Part shown: in pieces, positions 16,178 to 21,352 of the stretch
How positions within the stretch are numbered: position 1 is the first letter of the stretch
How the letters are laid out: every line of letters starts with the position of its first letter
NCBI GenBank assembly: GCA_037481775.1
Contig: JBBFKZ010000024.1
Coordinates: 1 to 21,352 of the forward strand
Direction: 5' to 3'
Source: Candidatus Bathyarchaeia archaeon
GTDB lineage: Archaea; Thermoproteota; Bathyarchaeia; Bathyarchaeales; Bathycorpusculaceae
DNA: 21,352 bases
Made by a program: the position numbers and the translations under genes
The notes under the pieces: model-generated
Seen by the model: only the letters and a program-made list of their open reading frames with translations
The model's database searches: none
What the model was told of the DNA's origin: nothing

Positions 16178-17392
16178 ATGAGTAGAGTTGCATTTTTTTC
16201 CAATCAAGGCTACGCGGCGGTGGACACTCAGGATTTTATGGCGTGGTTTCAAACCGCAGCAGAGTATGGGCCTCGAACCTTCTACGCAAGAACATGGTGT
16301 GATTACCCGCCGCTCAACGTTTACATTTTCTGGGTGTTCGGCTTACTTGCCAAGAGCCTCTCTGTTTATGGAACACCCGCTTTCACTTACGTCATGAAGT
16401 TACCGCCTAACCTCTTTGACATGGCAACCGCATGCTTAATCTTCATTTTCGTGCGGAAGCGCCTCGGCGCGCGTATGGCGCTTTTAGCCGCGGGGCTTTA
16501 TGCGTTTAACCCCGCCGTGATATACAACGCGGCGGTTTGGGGCCAGTTCGACGCGATTTACACGTTCTTCCTCATGCTCTCGCTTATGCTGGCATTGGCT
16601 GCAAAGCCCGAGCTTTCTGCTGTTGCGTTCTTTCTTGGGGTATTAACGAAGCCGCAGAGCATAGCATTGCTGCCGCTTATCGCGTATCTTATCCTCAGGA
16701 AACATGGTTTGCAGCGCTTTTTGACGTCGCTTAACGCTGCAGCCGCAACGGTCTTCGCCGTTATACTACCGTTTGAGTGGGGCAACCCCGTGACCTTTTT
16801 GGCAGGCATTTACTTTGGAGCCTACAGCGGCTACGGCTACACTTCAGTAAACGCTTTCAACCTATGGGCCCTAGGCGGCTTATGGGTGCCTGACGAAGGC
16901 TTCTTTATTTTAGGCTGGACACTGTTCGGATGCTTTGCCGCGCTTACCCTATACGTTTTGCACATACGCTTCAATGAGTCAGGCGAGCTGCTGGCGATCT
17001 TCGCGGCTTTCATGCTCTTTTTCGGATTCTTCATGCTGCCCACAAGAATTCATGAACGCTACTTGTTCCCAGCCATGAGCACGCTTGCCTTGATGTTTCC
17101 GTTCCTTAAAAAAGCGCGGGCGCTGTACGCGGTTTTAACGGCTACGCTGCTTGCTAACACGGCTTATGTGCTTTACTGGCTGAATGCGTATGCCGCTGCA
17201 GGCTATCCGTATGGCCCAAACCTCACAGGTGACCCCGTGACAGTCTCGGTAAGCATAATTAACTTGGTAGCCTTCATTTACTCTCTGTTGCTACTGTGGG
17301 ATGAGTTGAAAGGCAAGTCGTGGCTAAAAACAAGCCCAATCGAATTGGGCGAAAACACCAAGACAAAGGTTGGGGGGAACATGCGTGGATAA
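16178..17392 (+). CDS. GT-C fold membrane glycosyltransferase (PIG-M/ALG6/GT87-like); true start probably upstream
   Basis: CDYPP, FNPA, WGQFD, KPQ, NAFNLWAL, IHERY; multiple TM helices. Confidence 0.87.
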   Translation: MSRVAFFSNQGYAAVDTQDFMAWFQTAAEYGPRTFYARTWCDYPPLNVYIFWVFGLLAKSLSVYGTPAFTYVMKLPPNLFDMATACLIFIFVRKRLGARMALLAAGLYAFNPAVIYNAAVWGQFDAIYTFFLMLSLMLALAAKPELSAVAFFLGVLTKPQSIALLPLIAYLILRKHGLQRFLTSLNAAAATVFAVILPFEWGNPVTFLAGIYFGAYSGYGYTSVNAFNLWALGGLWVPDEGFFILGWTLFGCFAALTLYVLHIRFNESGELLAIFAAFMLFFGFFMLPTRIHERYLFPAMSTLALMFPFLKKARALYAVLTATLLANTAYVLYWLNAYAAAGYPYGPNLTGDPVTVSVSIINLVAFIYSLLLLWDELKGKSWLKTSPIELGENTKTKVGGNMRG

Positions 17393-19085
17393 GCGAGAAA
17401 TGCTCGCCATAGCGGTGCTTTGTGCAGTTTTCTTTTCTGTTGCAGCATGGAACCTCGGCGAAAGTCAGGTGCCGCTTACCACTTGGCGAGTAAACGGAAG
17501 TCCAACGTTCTACATTGACCTCGGCGAGGCGCAGAGCGTCAGCGCGGTTTATTTGCTAGTGAAGAATGGCTCGGCCACGGTTCAGGTTTATACTGGTTCT
17601 CCGGGAAATTGGAACCTTAAGGGTGATTTGAACCTCAAGTATCCATTTGCCTATTATGATTGGAATAAAATTGCGGTTAACAGCGAGAGCCGCTACGTGC
17701 GCTTCAAATTTGAGCAGGCTTCTGCGGAAATAATCGAGTTAGCAGCGCTCGGACAGGACGACCAAAAGCTTGCGATCGCAGCGGTACACGGTGAAAATGT
17801 TTTCGACGAAGGCTTGCAGAAGCTTATTGATGAGCAAGCGTTGGTGCATGTCCCGCCTACGTACATGTCGGAAACGTTTTTTGACGAGGTTTACTTCGTG
17901 CGTACAGCGGAAAATTACTTGCACTTGCAGCATCCTTACGAGTGGACTCATCCGCCGCTTGGCAAACTCATTCAAGCTGCTGGCATCGCCGTTTTTGGCT
18001 ATAACCCATTCGGCTGGAGGATAATGGGCGTAATCGCGGCGACGTTAATGATACCGCTAAGCTACATGTTGGGAAAGATGCTGCTTGAGAGCTGGATAGG
18101 CGGCTTCTCCGCGGCTTTTCTGCTAACCTTTGACTTCATGCATTTCACGATGGCGCGCATGGGAACCGTTGACACCTACGTCGTGCTGTTTTCGCTTGCA
18201 TCTCAGCTTTTCTTTTTGATTTATCTTAAAAACGTGCTCAAATGCGGCTGGGGCACGCCGGTTAAGCCACTGTTTTGGGCGGTTCTGTTCTTCGCGCTTG
18301 GCTTTGCAACAAAGTGGCTTGTGCTCTATGGCTTTGCTGCTCAGCTGGCAATCCTGGCCGTGCTTAGACTAAAGGAAGTTGCGAGACTTGGTAAGGGCGT
18401 GGCTGAAAAGCTTTACGCCTTCACTGACCCGCCATTCGCCAAGCTTGTAGCGTTTCTGCTGCTGGCGATTCTAGTTTACTTCTTAACTTACATTCCAGAC
18501 GTGCTCGCCGGCCGCTCTGCAGTAAATGTTCTTGGGCTTCAAGGTGGCATGCTAAATTATCATGCAACGCTGACTGCCACGCATCCTTTCGCTTCTACAT
18601 GGTGGACGTGGCCGCTCATGCTCAGACCAGTGTGGCTTTACGTGTCATATCTCCCGCTCAACACTAAGTCCACCATCGTGCTTCTCGGGAACCCAGCGGT
18701 CTGGTGGGTTGGTTTCGTATGCATAATCGGGATAGCCATTTTTGCGCTGGGAAAGTTCATAAAAGCGGCTGAGAGGCGGGTCAGCGCGGTAGGCTTGCCG
18801 GCCCTGTTCATTTTAACGTTTTTCTTTTTCCAGTGGCTTCCCTACGTGCTGATCTCCAGATGCACCTTTCTCTATCATTTCTATGTTAACGTGCCATTTC
18901 TATGCTTGGCAGCGGCATACTTCATAAGCAACTATTGGAGCAGTAAATGGGTGAAGGTGACGACTATAGCGTACTTCGTAAGCGTCGTGGGCTTATTCAT
19001 ATTGTTTTATCCCGCCATTTCTGGAGCACCCGCGTCTTCCTCATTTATCGACAGTTTAAAGTGGCTTAACGGATGGGTATTCTAA
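17385..19085 (+). CDS. PMT-like (GT39) polyprenol-phosphate-sugar-dependent glycosyltransferase with an N-terminal extracellular beta-rich domain
   Basis: FFDEVYF, HPPLGK, PFGWR, ATKW, HPFAS.WW.WPL, LGNPAVWW, FLYHF. Likely GTG start at 17385 after GGGGGG (track: TTG 17370). Confidence 0.9.
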   Translation: MDKREMLAIAVLCAVFFSVAAWNLGESQVPLTTWRVNGSPTFYIDLGEAQSVSAVYLLVKNGSATVQVYTGSPGNWNLKGDLNLKYPFAYYDWNKIAVNSESRYVRFKFEQASAEIIELAALGQDDQKLAIAAVHGENVFDEGLQKLIDEQALVHVPPTYMSETFFDEVYFVRTAENYLHLQHPYEWTHPPLGKLIQAAGIAVFGYNPFGWRIMGVIAATLMIPLSYMLGKMLLESWIGGFSAAFLLTFDFMHFTMARMGTVDTYVVLFSLASQLFFLIYLKNVLKCGWGTPVKPLFWAVLFFALGFATKWLVLYGFAAQLAILAVLRLKEVARLGKGVAEKLYAFTDPPFAKLVAFLLLAILVYFLTYIPDVLAGRSAVNVLGLQGGMLNYHATLTATHPFASTWWTWPLMLRPVWLYVSYLPLNTKSTIVLLGNPAVWWVGFVCIIGIAIFALGKFIKAAERRVSAVGLPALFILTFFFFQWLPYVLISRCTFLYHFYVNVPFLCLAAAYFISNYWSSKWVKVTTIAYFVSVVGLFILFYPAISGAPASSSFIDSLKWLNGWVF

Positions 19086-19087
19086 AA

Positions 19088-19819
19088 ATGGACACAAAAC
19101 AAAATACCACAGAAGTTTCCGTGGTTCTTCCAGCCTACAACGAAGCCGCCACGTTAGAAGCGACAGTAGCTAAGGTCGCGAAGGCTCTAAGCGAATTCAC
19201 AAGCTTTTATGAAATCATCATTGCTGAAGACGGAAGCACAGACGGCACTGACAAGCTTGCAGCCGCGCTTGCTGAGAGGCGCCCCTATGTTAAGCATATT
19301 CACAGGGAAAAGCGGCTTGGACGGGGCAACGCGTTAAAGAACGCTTTTAAGCAAAGCAGCGGCAAGGTTCTTGTCTACATGGATCTGGATCTCGCCACGG
19401 ACTTGAAGCACTTGAAGCCTCTGGTTGGGGCTATTGTAGTTGAGGGCTACGATTTTGCCACTGGTTCGCGAATGCTTCCTGAAAGCGACGTTGAGCGGGG
19501 CATTACGCGGAACCTGGCTTCTAAAACCTACAATCTTATGGTTCGAACGCTACTTGGCTCCAAGGTCAGGGATCATCAGTGCGGCTTCAAAGCGTTCCGC
19601 AGGGAACCGCTTATGCAGTTGCTTGACGAGGTTGAAGCGGGCCACTGGTTCTGGGACACCGAAATCCTAGTAAGAGCACACTACAAAGGCTACCGGATAA
19701 AGGAGATTCCTGTGTCGTGGAGGAGCGGCCGCGAGACTAAAGTGAGGCTTCTTAAAGATTCGATGAGCATGTTTAGGCAAGCGTTAAGGCTCTGGTGGCG
19801 TTTGAAGCGGCAGCAGTAG
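19088..19819 (+). CDS. GT2 dolichol-phosphate sugar synthase (DPM1/ALG5-like)
   Basis: VVLPAYNEA, AEDGSTDGT, GRGNAL, YMDLDL, GSR, DHQCGFKAF, WFWDTEIL, EIPVSW. Start 19088 or 19073. Confidence 0.92.
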   Translation: MDTKQNTTEVSVVLPAYNEAATLEATVAKVAKALSEFTSFYEIIIAEDGSTDGTDKLAAALAERRPYVKHIHREKRLGRGNALKNAFKQSSGKVLVYMDLDLATDLKHLKPLVGAIVVEGYDFATGSRMLPESDVERGITRNLASKTYNLMVRTLLGSKVRDHQCGFKAFRREPLMQLLDEVEAGHWFWDTEILVRAHYKGYRIKEIPVSWRSGRETKVRLLKDSMSMFRQALRLWWRLKRQQ

Positions 19820-19834
19820 CTTCGGCTTACGCTG

Positions 19835-20353
19835 CTATTTCCTTCTGGGCAGAAGCACCATTCCTCTGGCAAAGAACGACAGACCCAGCATTATCAGTAA
19901 TGAAGCCCAAAACATGAACCACTGTGTTAAACTCGGCGCGGCATTAAGAAAAAGCATTATCAGATACGCGGCTCCGAACCAGAAAACAAGGTTCCCCACG
20001 GTTTCCGCGGTCTTGCTGAGCGGCGAGCGGACAGCAAGCCTGATCATGAGCAGCAGAATCTGCAGGACGCCAAGGCCTAGGCAGAATTGGAATGCTGCAG
20101 TGTACAAAACGCCGTGAACAGCTGTGTTTGATGGCGCGGGCAGATAAATGTCTGTGCCGGGAACCGAACGGACAGTGAAAGAGGAGAAAAAGTTCACTAT
20201 GCTGTCCCAGAGACTATTTGGCTGCGCAAGAACAAAAATTGTCCCAATCAAGATGAAAAAGGCGCCTACCGATATCGCGGAGATCACGCCTTCGCTTAAC
20301 TTAGATGCACGCATCTGCGCGCTTACATTCACTTTACTCCGGCCCTCCCCCAA
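19835..20353 (-). CDS. Hypothetical membrane protein (~4 TM)
   Basis: Four hydrophobic segments and a basic C-terminus; start uncertain (TTG 20353 or the downstream ATG of MRASK). Confidence 0.75.
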   Translation of the reverse strand: MGEGRSKVNVSAQMRASKLSEGVISAISVGAFFILIGTIFVLAQPNSLWDSIVNFFSSFTVRSVPGTDIYLPAPSNTAVHGVLYTAAFQFCLGLGVLQILLLMIRLAVRSPLSKTAETVGNLVFWFGAAYLIMLFLNAAPSLTQWFMFWASLLIMLGLSFFARGMVLLPRRK

Positions 20354-20465
20354 TGCTATATGGGGGACATGAGCACATAAAACTTGCCCTATCCTTTACA
20401 CTTGTCAGCTGTACATTTTAAATACTAATGCTTACTACAAGAGTAGGTTAGGGATGAGGATATAG

Positions 20466-20864
20466 TTGTATTGTCCTAAATGTGGTAAGCAAGTTGACGA
20501 ATCAATGGCTTTTTGCCCGAAGTGCGGCGCACCGTTGAAAGCAACCGCAGTGGCAGCTCAGCCAGCTCCGGCGCCTCAGAGAGTGGAAAAAGCAGAGAAG
20601 CAGGAAAAAGGTGAAAAGCAGGAGAAGCAGGAGCCTGAAAAAAGCGAGAAACACGAGAAAGGCGAATACGGTTTCGTCGGTTGGTTAATAGGTGGCGTTA
20701 TACTTATACTCATAGGATTATTTGCGCTGCTGCAAATTGCAGGTTATTTGCCTTCAAGATTAGGATGGGCGGTCCTATTCCTCGTGGCGGGAGTGATCAT
20801 CATAATCTCTGCCATTTACTTCAGCATGAGAGCACGAAAACGGTTTCCGCCGCCTCCGTCTTAG
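20466..20864 (+). CDS. Zinc-ribbon domain membrane protein with charged EKx repeat linker and two C-terminal TM helices
   Basis: YCPKCG..FCPKCG, Ala/Pro linker, EKx repeats, two TM helices; GAGG SD before TTG. Confidence 0.88.
   Translation: MYCPKCGKQVDESMAFCPKCGAPLKATAVAAQPAPAPQRVEKAEKQEKGEKQEKQEPEKSEKHEKGEYGFVGWLIGGVILILIGLFALLQIAGYLPSRLGWAVLFLVAGVIIIISAIYFSMRARKRFPPPPS
20586..20666 (+). repeat. Coding tripeptide repeat (EKx)n
   Basis: EKAEKQEKGEKQEKQEPEKSEKHEKGE; degenerate 9-nt GARAARNNN units. Confidence 0.8.
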
Positions 20865-21352
20865 AGAAGCCATCTGAAGAATAGCCGATACAAGCGATGC
20901 TCCAGAAGCGTTAAGGTATTTCTTCTTCCAAACACTCGGTAATAGTTTTTGCCAGCCGCTTCTATCATGTCACCAATGTCATAGCGTGGAAGCATATATG
21001 AGGAAATTATCAGCCTGCCCCATTCGCCGCGCTTAAGCTCATGCAGCAGCTTCACTCCTCGGCCAGTTACAACCTCAAAGAGATAAGCATCATAATTAGG
21101 CGTAACATATGGCAGATCATCGAGCTGCTGGGCGAAAACGCCTTCAGTAGCCGTGTACATCTCCACAACTGGCACCTGTCCATAGAATTTCCTCAGCAAC
21201 GGCGCATACTTGATCTGTATCTTGCGCACGCTGGTGCAGAACAACGCTTGAAAATGCCATAGATCCGCTGGTTTCTTCCCGTGTTTGCGTTTGATGTATC
21301 TGGCGAAGGCGAGAATCACCGGGGTCACACCCATTGTAGCGGTTACGTTTTT
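20861..21352 (-). CDS. GH3 family (acyl-adenylate-forming) protein, partial; N-terminus beyond the right edge
   Basis: Frame is open to the window edge (KNVTATMGVTP...). EMYTATEG, LPRYDIGD and FGR match GH3/ANL nucleotide-binding motifs. Confidence 0.78.
   Translation of the reverse strand, partial: KNVTATMGVTPVILAFARYIKRKHGKKPADLWHFQALFCTSVRKIQIKYAPLLRKFYGQVPVVEMYTATEGVFAQQLDDLPYVTPNYDAYLFEVVTGRGVKLLHELKRGEWGRLIISSYMLPRYDIGDMIEAAGKNYYRVFGRRNTLTLLEHRLYRLFFRWLL

Noticed and set aside
16188-21262. Short alternate-frame and antisense ORFs within the glycosyltransferase, membrane-protein and GH3 genes
   Set aside because: Shadows of well-supported genes with no independent evidence.
1-21352. 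rRNA, tRNA, CRISPR array, transposase or integrase
   Set aside because: None recognised on either strand by eye; tRNAscan-SE and Infernal were not run.

Overview
Archaeal chromosomal segment, most likely TACK and probably Bathyarchaeia (inferred from gene content: an EF-2 paralogue, archaeal PpcA, two PurP proteins, TATA-like promoters and frequent TTG starts). Left to right: (1) a divergent EF-2 paralogue running off the left edge, absent from the ORF track and lacking the diphthamide His, head-to-head with a COG2112-type Ser/Thr kinase; (2) a minus-strand purine cluster purE (class II-like)-ppcA-purC-purP-like-purP; (3) SWIM, ferredoxin and CooT small genes; (4) an APC permease flanked by three small two-helix membrane proteins that resemble each other and the permease's own C-terminal tail; (5) a ~163-nt intergenic element that folds as a G.U-rich rod on the minus strand, with its own TATA box and U-tract (candidate novel ncRNA); (6) a PD-(D/E)xK-like / GIY-YIG / ATL-like gene trio; (7) an unannotated 53-aa Cys-rich microprotein; (8) a lipid-linked glycosylation module (HAD-polyprenol kinase fusion divergent from GT-C, PMT-like GT39 and GT2 Dol-P-sugar synthase); (9) two membrane proteins and a partial GH3-family gene. 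No rRNA, tRNA, CRISPR array or transposase was recognised. All family calls come from reading motifs by eye, not from database searches.
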